Source: Thermodesulfobacteriota bacterium (lineage in GTDB: Bacteria; Desulfobacterota; Desulfobulbia; Desulfobulbales; SURF-16). From it: a stretch of DNA of 64,000 bases. The notes under the pieces are model-generated. The model was not told the origin of the DNA. It did not search any database and worked only from the letters and a program-made list of their open reading frames with translations. Each line of letters opens with the position of its first letter. Within the stretch, counting starts at the first letter, position 1. This document shows positions 1 through 10,724 of this stretch, piece after piece. Made by a program: the position numbers and the translations under genes. The DNA is taken from assembly GCA_039715015.1 (NCBI GenBank), contig JBDLIE010000007.1, forward strand, positions 23,402 to 87,401, written 5' to 3'.

Positions 1-1425
1 CTGAAGAAAATAAAACTCTGCCAGCTTTAGGGTCACCAGATGATTATTGGCATCGATAGAGTGAATTTCCTCAAGCATGGCAACCATATCGGCCCTGCGC
101 CCCAAAATCTCATAGAGAGAAACCATCTCCAACCGGCTGGCAATATCTTCTGGCTGGGAAGCCGCGATCTTTTGCCATTCTGCCAGGGCCTGATTATATT
201 GTCCGGTGGCAGTAAGATTTTTCGCCAGATTGACGAGATATTTTTCGTTCCCACCCTCTCCTGTAACGAGGCTCTGGTACTGATCTACCGCCTTTTTCTT
301 GTCACCAGTGTCAGTAAAAACCTCTGCTGCCTGAAGACGAATATCAGCGGGAGGATTTTTTTCAAGGCGCAAATATAGATCAAAGAATCGGGCACTTTTA
401 TTGACATCTCCTGTTGCCTTATAACTTTGAGCAAGAAGGAGATTCTCCTGGATATGGTCAGGAAATTCGCGCAGATATTGTTCGAGAAAAGAAATCGCCT
501 TGGCGTATTTATGGGAATCGGCATAGATAGCGCCAATACGACCAGCGAGAATATTATTATTAGGATCCTTACTATAACCATGCAGGAGGTGGGGAAGGGC
601 TTCAGCCTCACGCCCCTGTGCACTGTAATATTCGCCCAGATGGGCATGAGCTGGGGAGTAGTCTGGACGAAAGACAATGAGTTTCTGCCAATATTCAGCA
701 GCGAGATGGGTCAATCCGAGGCGATCATGGACCTGGGCCACAAGAAGAATGAGATCGAAAGACGCTTCTTCTGAGTTTGCCAGAGATGCCCCAAGAGCTT
801 GAGCTTGCTGATCATTGCCCTGCTCAACATAGAGGTGGAACAAGGCTTTCTGAAGGGAAACATCGTCCGATTTTTTCCGATGCAAACCTTCTAAAACAGG
901 CAATGCCTTTACCTTTTCGCCAAGTGTCATATAGGCCTTGTAAAGGTTCATCCCCACATCAAATCTTTCATTATCAGCCGCCCACACCCTGGCAAGATAA
1001 ACCACACCCCGCCTGGTTTTACCGGTGGACAAAAGAAGAACTCCTTGGGCCTGTTGATAAAAGAGATTGTCTGGATTTCTATCGAGAAGAATTTCTAAAT
1101 TTTCTCCGGCAGCCTCGTGCCTCTCCAAGACAAGAAGAAGCTGGACATATTCCCACCTGGCCTCCAGCAGCTCCGGGCGTTGACTGAGAAGCCACTTATA
1201 AAGATTTAGTGCTGCAACCGGTCTCTCCTGCCGAACTTCCTCCCGGGCGGCCATCCAACTAGCAAACCACTCCTGTCCAGATTCGCTGGTGGAGACAAGA
1301 CGGTCAGGAACAATAGCCGTTCTCTGGGCCAACAGGGCCTGTTCCATCCGCGCCTCCAAAGAGAGGGGCAGAATCATTGCGGTCAAGAAGAAGAAAGATA
1401 TGAAGAGTGTTTTTCGAACGGCCAT
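1..1425 (-). CDS. TPR-repeat protein with N-terminal signal peptide; 3' end runs off the window (absent from ORF track)
   Basis: Manual translation from ATG 1425 (MAVRKTLFISFFFLTAMILPLSLEA...) is open to base 1; repeated TPR-like helices (e.g. AAEYWQKLIVFRPDYSPAHAHLGEYY; YNQALAEWQKIAASQPED). Confidence 0.8.
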   Translation of the reverse strand, partial: MAVRKTLFISFFFLTAMILPLSLEARMEQALLAQRTAIVPDRLVSTSESGQEWFASWMAAREEVRQERPVAALNLYKWLLSQRPELLEARWEYVQLLLVLERHEAAGENLEILLDRNPDNLFYQQAQGVLLLSTGKTRRGVVYLARVWAADNERFDVGMNLYKAYMTLGEKVKALPVLEGLHRKKSDDVSLQKALFHLYVEQGNDQQAQALGASLANSEEASFDLILLVAQVHDRLGLTHLAAEYWQKLIVFRPDYSPAHAHLGEYYSAQGREAEALPHLLHGYSKDPNNNILAGRIGAIYADSHKYAKAISFLEQYLREFPDHIQENLLLAQSYKATGDVNKSARFFDLYLRLEKNPPADIRLQAAEVFTDTGDKKKAVDQYQSLVTGEGGNEKYLVNLAKNLTATGQYNQALAEWQKIAASQPEDIASRLEMVSLYEILGRRADMVAMLEEIHSIDANNHLVTLKLAEFYFLQ

Positions 1426-1520
1426 CAACAAAAAAGAGGGAGCAAAGTCCCTCTTTCCTTAAGTTCTCGAATTATTTGTCCATAGTCACCGTTAAACAAG
1501 GAGCCCTACCCTAGTCTGGG

Positions 1521-2717
1521 TTAAATCATTCCTCGCTCCTGATAAAAAGCCAAGATCTGGGCCACGACAAATTCTAGCATTTCGGTGCTTAATTCAGGGA
1601 AAATGGGTAATGCCAAGGTTTCTGCAGAGGCCTTATCAGTCTCCGGCAAAGCCGCTCCCTGCCATCCTGCCTTAACAAGACATTCCTGGCGATGCAACGG
1701 CACAGGGTAGTATATCTCTACCCCCACATCATGATTAAGGAGATAATCCCGCAAGGCATCCCGGTCATGGGCGCGAATAACAAACTGATTATAGATATGG
1801 TAATCTGCTCCCTCAACAGGGTCATCGGCAAATTTCCGATAGAGGGCCTGGGGCAGCTCAACCAGACCTTTTTCCATGAGCCCGGTTGCCGCAAACAACG
1901 ATTCATAGGTTTGGGCATTTCGCCTTCTTCCTTTATGCCACTCAGGCAGATAGCGCAGCTTAATATCAAGAATGGCCGCCTGTAAGGCGTCAAGACGAAA
2001 ATTACCACCTAAAACACCATGGTAGTATTTAGGTTTACCACCATGCCCTCTCAGCACATCAAGTTCTTCACCAAAAGCTGCATCCTGAACCGTTATCATG
2101 CCGCCATCTCCCATGCCCCCCAAGTTCTTACTGGGGAAAAAAGAAAAACAGCCGGCAGCTCCGAAGCTTCCCGCCCTTTGCCAATGGACATCATCTCCTT
2201 GGCCAACGGGAAAACAAGAGCCAATGGCCTGGGCAGCATCTTCAACAACAGGAAGTTGATACTCTGCAGCAAGAGACATAATTTCGTTCATGTCAGCACA
2301 TTGTCCATAAAGGTGAACCGGGATTATGGCCTTGATATCTTTGTCGCCCTGGCGCAGGACTTCACGCATCTTTTCGGGAGATATATTGAAGCTATGCGGG
2401 TCAATATCTGCAAAAACAGGGGTGGCGCCAAGCCTCAAGATCGAGCCCATAGTAGCGAAAAATGAATAGGATGAGGTAAGCACCTTATCACCGGGGCCGA
2501 TCCCCAATCCCATCAAGGCACAGAGGAGAGCATCCGTACCACTTGATACTCCAATCCCCCTTTGGGCCTGGCAATAAGCAGCAACATTTTTCTCAAACTT
2601 AGCAACATCAGGGCCAAGGATATACATGGAGGAATCCATCACCCTGGTAATTTCAGCCAAAACTTCATCCCGAATAGGTCCAAGCTGACCACGCAAATCT
2701 AAAAGAGAAACTTTCAT
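1521..2717 (-). CDS. DegT/DnrJ/EryC1/StrS family PLP-dependent aminotransferase
   Basis: VSSGTDAL, VHLYGQ, EDAAQAIG, FSFFPSKNLG motifs. Confidence 0.92.
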   Translation of the reverse strand: MKVSLLDLRGQLGPIRDEVLAEITRVMDSSMYILGPDVAKFEKNVAAYCQAQRGIGVSSGTDALLCALMGLGIGPGDKVLTSSYSFFATMGSILRLGATPVFADIDPHSFNISPEKMREVLRQGDKDIKAIIPVHLYGQCADMNEIMSLAAEYQLPVVEDAAQAIGSCFPVGQGDDVHWQRAGSFGAAGCFSFFPSKNLGGMGDGGMITVQDAAFGEELDVLRGHGGKPKYYHGVLGGNFRLDALQAAILDIKLRYLPEWHKGRRRNAQTYESLFAATGLMEKGLVELPQALYRKFADDPVEGADYHIYNQFVIRAHDRDALRDYLLNHDVGVEIYYPVPLHRQECLVKAGWQGAALPETDKASAETLALPIFPELSTEMLEFVVAQILAFYQERGMI

Positions 2718-2783
2718 TTCCTTATTCCTTTCATCACAGATAGTGATGGTTCATCATTAAAAAAATAGCGCCTTAGAACGTAA

Positions 2784-3746
2784 TTAATTTTGCCATTGAC
2801 CAAAGACCTGGTCGAGAAAATTATGGATATCGGGGACTTCTTGCTCAAGATATTTCTTCATCTTCTTCAGCAAATTTGCCTCAATCTGCCGGACCCGTTC
2901 CCGCGAGATGCCGAACTGGTCAGCAATGTCTTGAAGGGTCAATGGTTCATCACTTAATAAGCGAGCAGCCAAAATAACCTGTTCTTTTTCATTAAGGTTA
3001 TCCCTGAGTTTAGCAAGCAGTTCAACCATCCGCTCGCGCACCTCAACCTCAGCAACCTTTTGCTCCACGGAAGGACCGACATCAGGCAGAAAACTTTTCT
3101 GGTCATCATCAGAGTCTTCACGGACCGGACTCTCAAGGGAGATATCCCAATTGTCCATGCGTTGGCTCATCTCAATGACTTCACTCTCCTTTACCTTGAG
3201 ACGTTCGGCAAGGAGTTTAGCCTCTGGTTTAAAGCCCTGGCTTTCTAAAAGTTTACGCTCCTTATTAAGACTAAAAAAGAGTTTACGCTGGGCCTGGGTG
3301 GTGCCGATTTTTACCAGACGCCAATTATCCATTATAAACTTGAGGATGTAGGCGCGTATCCAGTAGGCTGCATAATAGGAAAATTTGACCCCCCGGTAGG
3401 GGTCGAACTTTTTAACAGCCTGCACCAAGCCAACATTCCCCTCCTGAATAAGGTCGAGGAAATTCTGCATCCAGTATTTCTGAAAATCCATGGATACCTT
3501 GACCACCAAACGCAGATTGGCGGTGACCAATCGGTAGGCGGCATCAGGATCATTTTCCTCATGAAACTTACGGGCAAGCTTATCTGTCTCCTCCCGAGTC
3601 AGGAGGGCATGCTGGCTGATTTCCTGCAAATAGCGATGCAGACCTGTCTGGCTTGCCGCTGGCAGATTAGGATCATCAGGCAGGGTAACCAGGGCGTGGA
3701 GATTTGACTTATCTGTGGTAATTTTATCGGTGTTTTTTTTCTTCAC
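2784..3746 (-). CDS. rpoH: RNA polymerase sigma factor, RpoH/sigma-32 type
   Basis: Region 2 DLIQEGNVGL, RpoH-box-like QRKLFFSL, region 4 ISRERVRQIE. Confidence 0.85.
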   Translation of the reverse strand: MKKKNTDKITTDKSNLHALVTLPDDPNLPAASQTGLHRYLQEISQHALLTREETDKLARKFHEENDPDAAYRLVTANLRLVVKVSMDFQKYWMQNFLDLIQEGNVGLVQAVKKFDPYRGVKFSYYAAYWIRAYILKFIMDNWRLVKIGTTQAQRKLFFSLNKERKLLESQGFKPEAKLLAERLKVKESEVIEMSQRMDNWDISLESPVREDSDDDQKSFLPDVGPSVEQKVAEVEVRERMVELLAKLRDNLNEKEQVILAARLLSDEPLTLQDIADQFGISRERVRQIEANLLKKMKKYLEQEVPDIHNFLDQVFGQWQN

Positions 3747-4133
3747 CGTTGGCGATATTCCTCAATATATAAATCGGCTGGAAGCCCTTTTCCAGGCCCC
3801 CTGAACCATTATTTTCCCCTTTCAAAGCCCTTGCCAAACAACTATCAAAAACGCAATCTAACACACTACCATTTACGCACACAAAAAGCGCGTCTTTTTA
3901 CCCATAAGCAAAGGTTACTCCCTCGCACAACCTTGCAAGTTATTGAAAAAGTAAAATTATAGCGCCAAAGCAATCCTGGCTGTTCTTCTTGACAAGCGAA
4001 GACCTCTTCTTTATAGAGCTTCAAGAGAGAATTTCTGCGTAGAGCAAAAAAGGCAAACGCATTTTCCCTTCAGTCGTTCCGATCATCCCCTTCCCCCCTT
4101 CGCCCCTCAAGAGCCGGTAAACGAAATTTACAA

Positions 4134-5933
4134 ATGAAAAATATTCGTAACTTCAGCATAATAGCCCATATTGACCATGGAAAATCCACTTTGGCCGACC
4201 GCCTTATCCAACAATGCAACATGGTCTCTGATCGGGAATTTAAAGATCAGCTCCTTGACAATATGGACATTGAGCGCGAACGCGGCATTACCATTAAGAG
4301 CCAAACCATCTGCCTGCCTTACAAGGCCAGGGATGGCAAGGAATATGTTCTCAACCTGGTTGACACCCCAGGTCATGTTGATTTCAGCTATGAGGTTTCT
4401 CGGGCCCTTAACTCCTGCGAAGGTGCCCTTTTACTCATCGATGCCGCCCAGGGCGTAGAGGCCCAGACCCTGGCCAACCTCTATCTGGCCATGGAAAACG
4501 ATCTGGAAGTCATTCCAGTCATAAACAAGATTGACCTCCCTTCTGCTGACCCAGAGATGGTTTCCCTGCAGATTGAAGAGGATCTCGGCCTCGACATGGA
4601 CACGGTTCAGATGTGTTCAGCAAAAACAGGCCAAGGTGTGGACGAGATACTTGAGGCAATTGTCACCCTTCTCCCTCCTCCACAAGAGGGCGACCCTGAG
4701 GCTCCGCTCCAGGTTCTCATTTTTGACGCCAGCTATGACCCTTTTCGCGGCACAATTATCTCAGTGCGTGTCATTAACGGCACCATTAAGGCCGGCGACA
4801 CGATCATCTTCATGTCAAACAACGCCTCCTACAAGGTAGAGGAGGTGGGCATCTTTCGTCTCAAAAAAGAACCTAAGAAGAGTCTACAGGCCGGCGAGGT
4901 AGGATATATTCTGGCCGGGGTTAAAACAGTCAGCGACACCAGGCCAGGCGACACGATCACCCATAAGAACAAACCATGTGCGGCACCGCTGAAGGGTTTC
5001 AAAGAGATCCAGCAGGTCGTTTTTTCTTCTATCTATCCCATCTCCACAGATGACTATGAAAACCTGTCTGCCGCCATGGAGAAGCTCAAACTAAATGATG
5101 CGGCCCTGACATTTCAGAAGGATGCCTCCACAGCCCTTGGCTTTGGTTTCCGTTGCGGTTTTTTGGGACTACTCCATCTTGAGGTTATCCAGGAGCGCCT
5201 AGAGCGGGAATTTGATATTCCGATCATTCTCACCGTCCCCTCTGTCTGCTACTATTTCCATCTTACAGATGGCTCAATGACCGAGGTGGACAATCCGGCC
5301 TATTTCCCTGACCCAGCCACCATTGCCTCCACGGAAGAACCCTACATCAAGGCCACCATTCACATCCCAGAGAAATACATGGGGGCCGTGATGACCCTGT
5401 GCATGGAACGGCGAGGTGAAAACACCCACTACCACTACCCCATGCCGGGCCGGATTGAGCTCACCTGCGAACTGCCTTTAGCTGAGGTCATCTACGATTT
5501 CTACGACCGCCTTAAGTCAGTGACCCAAGGTTATGGTTCTTTTGACTATGAACTGACTGATTACCGCAAGAGCGACTTGGTGAAACTGGATATTCTCGTT
5601 AATGGCGAAAAGGTGGACGCCCTCTCCCAGCTCGTCCATCGCGCCAACTCCCGGGCCCGTGGCCTGCATGCCTGCGAAAAACTCAAGGAAGAAATCCCCC
5701 GCCAGATGTTCAAGATCGCTATCCAGGGCGCCATTGGCGGCAACATTGTTTCCCGAACCACCATTGCCGCCCTGCGGAAAGATGTCACCGCCAAATGCTA
5801 CGGCGGCGATATCACCCGGAAGCGCAAGCTCCTTGAAAAGCAGAAGGCCGGCAAAAAACGGATGAAAACCGTTGGTAATGTCGAAATCCCCCAGAAGGCC
5901 TTCCTGGCAGTTTTGAAGAGCGATCAGGGGTAG
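4134..5933 (+). CDS. lepA: Elongation factor 4 (LepA)
   Basis: [25 protein letters not shown]-terminal [18 protein letters not shown]. Confidence 0.98.
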   Translation: MKNIRNFSIIAHIDHGKSTLADRLIQQCNMVSDREFKDQLLDNMDIERERGITIKSQTICLPYKARDGKEYVLNLVDTPGHVDFSYEVSRALNSCEGALLLIDAAQGVEAQTLANLYLAMENDLEVIPVINKIDLPSADPEMVSLQIEEDLGLDMDTVQMCSAKTGQGVDEILEAIVTLLPPPQEGDPEAPLQVLIFDASYDPFRGTIISVRVINGTIKAGDTIIFMSNNASYKVEEVGIFRLKKEPKKSLQAGEVGYILAGVKTVSDTRPGDTITHKNKPCAAPLKGFKEIQQVVFSSIYPISTDDYENLSAAMEKLKLNDAALTFQKDASTALGFGFRCGFLGLLHLEVIQERLEREFDIPIILTVPSVCYYFHLTDGSMTEVDNPAYFPDPATIASTEEPYIKATIHIPEKYMGAVMTLCMERRGENTHYHYPMPGRIELTCELPLAEVIYDFYDRLKSVTQGYGSFDYELTDYRKSDLVKLDILVNGEKVDALSQLVHRANSRARGLHACEKLKEEIPRQMFKIAIQGAIGGNIVSRTTIAALRKDVTAKCYGGDITRKRKLLEKQKAGKKRMKTVGNVEIPQKAFLAVLKSDQG

Positions 5934-6011
5934 TTACGAGAAATTCTGCTTCAGACAATTTTCTTATCTTAAATAGGGCGAAGAACTTAAGAGATTTGCC
6001 ACTACATCTGC

Positions 6012-6194
6012 TTAGCCGGCATCCGGGAGTTGCCGGGTTTGAAGTTTGACTACTTCCACCAGGGTTTCTAAGCGAACAACCCTTTTGTCGACATCGACCA
6101 CGTGATCTTCAAGGCGTTCGATATCCTTGTTTAAGCGTTTCACCTCATCGGTGAGCTTGAGCATATCGAGGAGTAATTCTTTCCAGCCGGCCAT
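6012..6194 (-). CDS. Small coiled-coil protein, translationally coupled to the upstream RHH gene
   Basis: 60 aa heptad pattern (LTDEVKRLNKDIERLEDHVVDVDKRVVRLE); TGATG stop/start overlap at 6194. Confidence 0.65.
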   Translation of the reverse strand: MAGWKELLLDMLKLTDEVKRLNKDIERLEDHVVDVDKRVVRLETLVEVVKLQTRQLPDAG

Positions 6195-6472
6195 CAGTCC
6201 TGCCCCATCCCTAATTTCTGCAAAGTTTTACCTAAGCGCTTTCGTGTGTTTTGGGTATCTTCAATCGCTTCTTTTACCCGCACCGAGACAAGTTCTAATA
6301 ATTCCGGAGCCCCCATACCCTCGAGGTCGGGCTCATAAGCATCAATGGCCTGGCGGACGATTTCCGCAGCGGAAGCCCCTCTTTCTTTAGCAAGACGATC
6401 AAGCTTTTCTATTTGATTTGATGAAATCAGGTATTGCTTTCTGATGAGGTTGGACGATTGAGTTGCCTGCAT
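6194..6472 (-). CDS. Ribbon-helix-helix (CopG-like) DNA-binding protein
   Basis: RKQYLISSNQIEKLDRLAKERGASAAEIVRQAIDAY fits the RHH pattern; AAGGGAG RBS. Confidence 0.8.
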   Translation of the reverse strand: MQATQSSNLIRKQYLISSNQIEKLDRLAKERGASAAEIVRQAIDAYEPDLEGMGAPELLELVSVRVKEAIEDTQNTRKRLGKTLQKLGMGQD

Positions 6473-6507
6473 GAACAGATCTCCCTTTATATTTTGGTCA
6501 TGCTTAC

Positions 6508-6536
6508 AACATACTCATACACAACAACATACACAA
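6508..6536 (-). promoter_or_regulatory. Putative sigma70 promoter overlapped by direct repeats (candidate RHH operator)
   Basis: TTGTGT-N17-TATGTT on minus strand; CATACACAA at 6516-6524 and 6528-6536. Confidence 0.5.
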
Positions 6537-7055
6537 GGCCAAAGAAGATAATATGACAAGGCAGGATTTAGAGAAATTGAAGTCCCATGATGGGCAAGGG
6601 CCAACAACTGCTCAACTCAAGCCAGCCTTGCCCTTATGGGATATATGCTCAATGGCCATCCCGGCCTGCTGACCAAGGTGCTCGAAGCTTGCAAAACTGT
6701 CATCATCCAAGGGCCTGCCGCTGGGTTGACGATCCGCATAAAAGACACCAATAGGAAGACCATTGACAAGGATGGGTGTCACAAAGAATGTGTTGGCTTC
6801 TAAGATGGTCTTGATCTGGCGTATGATTTCTGGGTGGTAAGGTGTTAATCTGGTGTTGTGGACCCAAAGTTCTTGTCTACGTTATCTCCGAGTAAAAACT
6901 AGTAATAATTAGATAAGAAAACACTCACGCTAAATCAAGGAATTATTTTTATCCTTGCAACTGAAAGGTGTTAGGGTAAAAATAAGTAAAGCAGTAGATA
7001 TGTTTTGAAAAGTGGTGACTAAACAGTGACCAAGTTGTTATCGGGGAGGAGGGAG

Positions 7056-8018
7056 ATGAAAGCACTATTGAGTCTAGGGATCTTATGTGTCGTTGCTGTT
7101 ATTGCGCTATCAGGTTGTGTTCCTGCAACTTCTACCCTCTGGGATGATTATCGCTTATACCCCAACCACAAGGCTTATGCAATTGGCAACAATGAAAAAG
7201 CCGGTGCAGCATGGGGCCAGAAAACACCTAAAGAAGCCATTCACCTTGCCCTTAATTATTGCAAAACATCGGGTGGTATAAATTGTAGGGTTATTGATAT
7301 AAACAACAGCCCCCATAAGCAACAACATCGTGTTAATAACGAAGAAAAAACTATGGTTTCAGCAGCGACAGGTTTTTTTGTTAGCGAACAAACACTTGTT
7401 ACTGCATATCACGCAATATCTTTTTCTAATAACGACAAGGGGGTACCTCCACCCTGTGACTCGCTGGCCATCAGGCATGGACAAAGCACATTTGATGCAG
7501 AGCTTGTCGGCGCTGATGCACTTAATGACATTGCTCTGTTGAAGACGACTGGAGTAAAACATAACATTGCGCAACTACGTGAAGATCTGAGACCACAAAA
7601 AGGTGAACCTATAATGGCATTTGGTTACCCTTTTTCAAGTCTTCTTTCTGATGAAGCCAAGATAACTGACGGGATAATTAACTCAACATCTGGATATTAC
7701 AATGACACTAGATTGCTCCAAATTTCAGCCCCCGTTCAGCCTGGCAACAGTGGTGGCCCATTAATAGACAAAAGCGGAGCGGTTGCGGGAATAGTTTTAC
7801 AATCACTGAGCCCCGCATATACTTCGTACTCATCTGGAGAAATCACAATTCCTCAAAATGTCAATTTTGCTATTAAGTCATCGTTATTGATAGATTTTCT
7901 TATACAGTTTAACATCTCATATGAGTTGCAAAATAATAGTAATACATACACACCAATTGATATTGCTAGCGAGGCAGGAAAATATACTGCCAAGGTTATC
8001 TGCTATCAAGAACTCTAG
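7056..8018 (+). CDS. Lipoprotein trypsin-like (S1) serine protease with N-terminal Cys-containing (DUF4189-like) domain
   Basis: Lipobox ALSGC; TAYH, DIALL and GNSGGP triad motifs; GGAGGAGGGAG RBS before ATG 7056 (ORF track starts 7026). Confidence 0.85.
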   Translation: MKALLSLGILCVVAVIALSGCVPATSTLWDDYRLYPNHKAYAIGNNEKAGAAWGQKTPKEAIHLALNYCKTSGGINCRVIDINNSPHKQQHRVNNEEKTMVSAATGFFVSEQTLVTAYHAISFSNNDKGVPPPCDSLAIRHGQSTFDAELVGADALNDIALLKTTGVKHNIAQLREDLRPQKGEPIMAFGYPFSSLLSDEAKITDGIINSTSGYYNDTRLLQISAPVQPGNSGGPLIDKSGAVAGIVLQSLSPAYTSYSSGEITIPQNVNFAIKSSLLIDFLIQFNISYELQNNSNTYTPIDIASEAGKYTAKVICYQEL

Positions 8019-8097
8019 CCTATCAAGAAGCCTTATATTTTTATCTGATTACCACCATGTTTCAGCCCTTATCTCATCATCAAGCGACAAATAGGGA

Positions 8098-8185
8098 CCT
8101 GTAGGAGCTCACCCCTGTGAGCGGTGGATGACCTGACGAGTCACAATTTTCTCTTTATCGCCCGGAGGGCCGGGTGCCCCGCAGG
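8098..8185. repeat. GTAG-type REP doublet (REPIN-like inverted pair)
   Basis: GTAGGA-GCTCAC-CCCT-GTGAGC hairpin, and on the opposite strand a degenerate copy GCGGGGCA-CCCGG-CCCT-CCGGG with the same CCCT loop. Confidence 0.55.
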
Positions 8186-8499
8186 AGATAAGCTAAGACT
8201 TCGAATACCCTTGGGGTGCTCCCACGGCATCATCCTAGGAAATCTGAAGCAGTTCCCTTTCACCTGCCTGCTCGTGATCACTATTTCCCTCATCATCTCA
8301 CTCTGGACGTGGCCCGGCGGCAATGACAGCAGCAGGGGTCCTGTCGGCACAAGTGGAGAAATTTTCTTGAAAAAGGAGGGAGAATTAGCGGGCATAAGAC
8401 CATCATCCACCGTTATCATATTAATCCTTTCAATTCTCCAATAATTTTAGGTAATCTGAAGCGTACATATTTATATTCATATCATTCGGCAGGACTTTT

Positions 8500-9327
8500 A
8501 TGGGTAGGCGATATTCACCTTTGAAATTAAGTAGTTGGCGCGAAAAGCTGCACAAAGTCATTTTTGGCGCTGAAACCAAAGCGGGAAAAACATTTGATGT
8601 GGTGCTGATTGCCAGCATCCTGATCAGTGTTGTTGCGGTGATGCTTGACAGCGTGCAAACCATCCAGGCCAGGTTTGGTACCGTGCTTTATTTCCTGGAA
8701 TGGTTTTTCACCCTTTTATTTACAGTTGAATACATCATCCGCATAATTTGTGTCCGGCGTCCTATCAGGTATATCATCAGTTTCTTCGGCTTGATAGACC
8801 TTCTATCCATCCTACCTACTTATTTGAGCCTATTTTTACCTGGTGTTCAATTTTTGCTGGTCATTCGCATCCTGCGTGTTCTCCGCATCTTCAGGATCCT
8901 AAAACTCGTTCAATATATTGGCGAGGCTAATTTACTTCTACATGCCTTAAAAGCGAGCAGCAGGAAAATAATTGTTTTCTTATTCACCGTCCTCACCCTG
9001 ATTATTATTTTTGGGTCGTTGATCTATATTATCGAAGGTGAAGAAAATGGCTTCACAAGTATCCCGCGCAGTATTTACTGGGCTATCGTTACCATGACAA
9101 CGGTTGGATATGGTGATATCTCACCAAAGACCAATATCGGCCAGACATTGGCTGCGGTGGTGATGATTATCGGCTACAGCATTATTGCCGTCCCCACCGG
9201 TATTATCAGTGCGGAAATGGCGCAACAGCTTCAGAGCCAGACCTGCAATCGCCCATGCCCAGCCTGTGGTTCCTGCGGCCATGATGCCAAAGCAGGCTTT
9301 TGTTATTTATGCGGCGAAAAATTGTAA
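8500..9327 (+). CDS. Voltage-gated-type potassium channel (ion transporter) with C-terminal Cys knuckle
   Basis: S4 RILRVLRIFRILK, selectivity filter TTVGYGD, CPAC...CYLC. Confidence 0.92.
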   Translation: MGRRYSPLKLSSWREKLHKVIFGAETKAGKTFDVVLIASILISVVAVMLDSVQTIQARFGTVLYFLEWFFTLLFTVEYIIRIICVRRPIRYIISFFGLIDLLSILPTYLSLFLPGVQFLLVIRILRVLRIFRILKLVQYIGEANLLLHALKASSRKIIVFLFTVLTLIIIFGSLIYIIEGEENGFTSIPRSIYWAIVTMTTVGYGDISPKTNIGQTLAAVVMIIGYSIIAVPTGIISAEMAQQLQSQTCNRPCPACGSCGHDAKAGFCYLCGEKL

Positions 9328-9340
9328 GAGGAGCAGTTTC

Positions 9341-10708
9341 ATGAAGAAAAACCTGCGTCAGTCACCGTTGCTGCTCTCAGTTTTAATATCACTCTCAGTT
9401 TCTCTAATAGCATTTTCCGCATCAGCTGCTGAGAAAAACTTTATCCTCAGCTATAGCCCCACCGGGCTTTTTCACAAACTGGTAAGAGATCGCATCAAGG
9501 TTGTTTATGAACGGGCAGGCCTGGAGGCGGAGTTTATCCCTTTGCCCCATAATCGCTCATTACTCAGCGCTCATGATGGCGCTGTTGACGGTGACGTCGG
9601 ACGGGTTCCCTCGGTTGAAGAAAAATATCCGAATCTGCGCCGCGTTAACGTCAAATTGATGGACTTGAATGGAGGGGTTTATACTACTCGTAAGGACATC
9701 AAGGCCTATAACGGTGACTTGCTCACCAACAAGAAAGTGGGATACGTGCTCGGTGTCCGCTGGGTCCAAAAAAGGATGAAAGGTCTTGAAGCCACGAAAG
9801 CGCGCGACTATCCAGCCCTCTTTGAAATGCTCATCCAGGGCCGAATCGATATTGCCTTAGCCACTGAAGCCAGTGCCGATGCTGTGATGCGAGAATTAGG
9901 CGACAGAGCAGCAAACATCCGTAAACTTCAGCCATTCGTTTTTACCGCCCCCATTTATCATTACGTAAACAAAAAGAATGAGGCGATAATACCCCGTCTG
10001 GAAAAAGCATTATCGGAGCTTATAAAAGAAGGTTACTGGGATACCTCAAAGGAAAAAACCTATATTTTTTATACCGGGGTAAAATCCCCCCTCAAAGAGA
10101 TATTAGAGATGAGGCTGCAAGAAGCCTTTCGCCGAATTGGCAAAAAAAGCCATTTACAATCGACAGGGTCGGCCCAGAGAGCTTTGCTGCTGGCTAATGA
10201 AACCGGTGATGGCGATGCTATAAGAGTTCCTAGCATAAAAAAAATGGCCCCTGGCGCCACGAGCAACCTCCTCCAGATTCCAGAATCGATCATTGACACA
10301 ACATTCAACGTCTATACAAAGGGCAAGGTTTTTCCGTTGGATGGATGGCAATCTCTAAAGAATTATCAAAACGGTTTCAGGGGTGGAGTAAAAATCTTAG
10401 AGAAAAATATTCCTGCCAACAGGACAATATTGCCAGATTCGGAACGATTATTTCAAATGCTCAACCAAGGAAGGCTTGATACGGTCACAGAGCATAGTGT
10501 TATTGCAGACTACCTCATAACGAAATTACACCTCACAGGAATTAAAAAATTGTCACCACCTTTATTTTCAGTTCCAGGTTATAGTTTCATCCATGTTAAG
10601 CATCGCTCTTTAATTCCTGAAATTTCCCAAGTCCTTTCTGAGATGAAGACTGATGGCAGTTTCGAACAGATAAAAGATGAAGTTTTGACGCAGCTACTTG
10701 CTCAGTAG
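9341..10708 (+). CDS. Periplasmic protein with two tandem family-3 solute-binding domains
   Basis: GAGGAG RBS before ATG 9341; signal peptide; two repeats ending LFEMLIQGRID / LFQMLNQGRLD. Confidence 0.75.
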   Translation: MKKNLRQSPLLLSVLISLSVSLIAFSASAAEKNFILSYSPTGLFHKLVRDRIKVVYERAGLEAEFIPLPHNRSLLSAHDGAVDGDVGRVPSVEEKYPNLRRVNVKLMDLNGGVYTTRKDIKAYNGDLLTNKKVGYVLGVRWVQKRMKGLEATKARDYPALFEMLIQGRIDIALATEASADAVMRELGDRAANIRKLQPFVFTAPIYHYVNKKNEAIIPRLEKALSELIKEGYWDTSKEKTYIFYTGVKSPLKEILEMRLQEAFRRIGKKSHLQSTGSAQRALLLANETGDGDAIRVPSIKKMAPGATSNLLQIPESIIDTTFNVYTKGKVFPLDGWQSLKNYQNGFRGGVKILEKNIPANRTILPDSERLFQMLNQGRLDTVTEHSVIADYLITKLHLTGIKKLSPPLFSVPGYSFIHVKHRSLIPEISQVLSEMKTDGSFEQIKDEVLTQLLAQ

Positions 10709-10724
10709 AGAGAGAAGGTCTTTA

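Noticed and set aside
6590..6900. Possible IS91-like transposase remnant (GYMLNGHPGLLTKVLE)
   Set aside because: Similarity is only impressionistic; no ends or long frame
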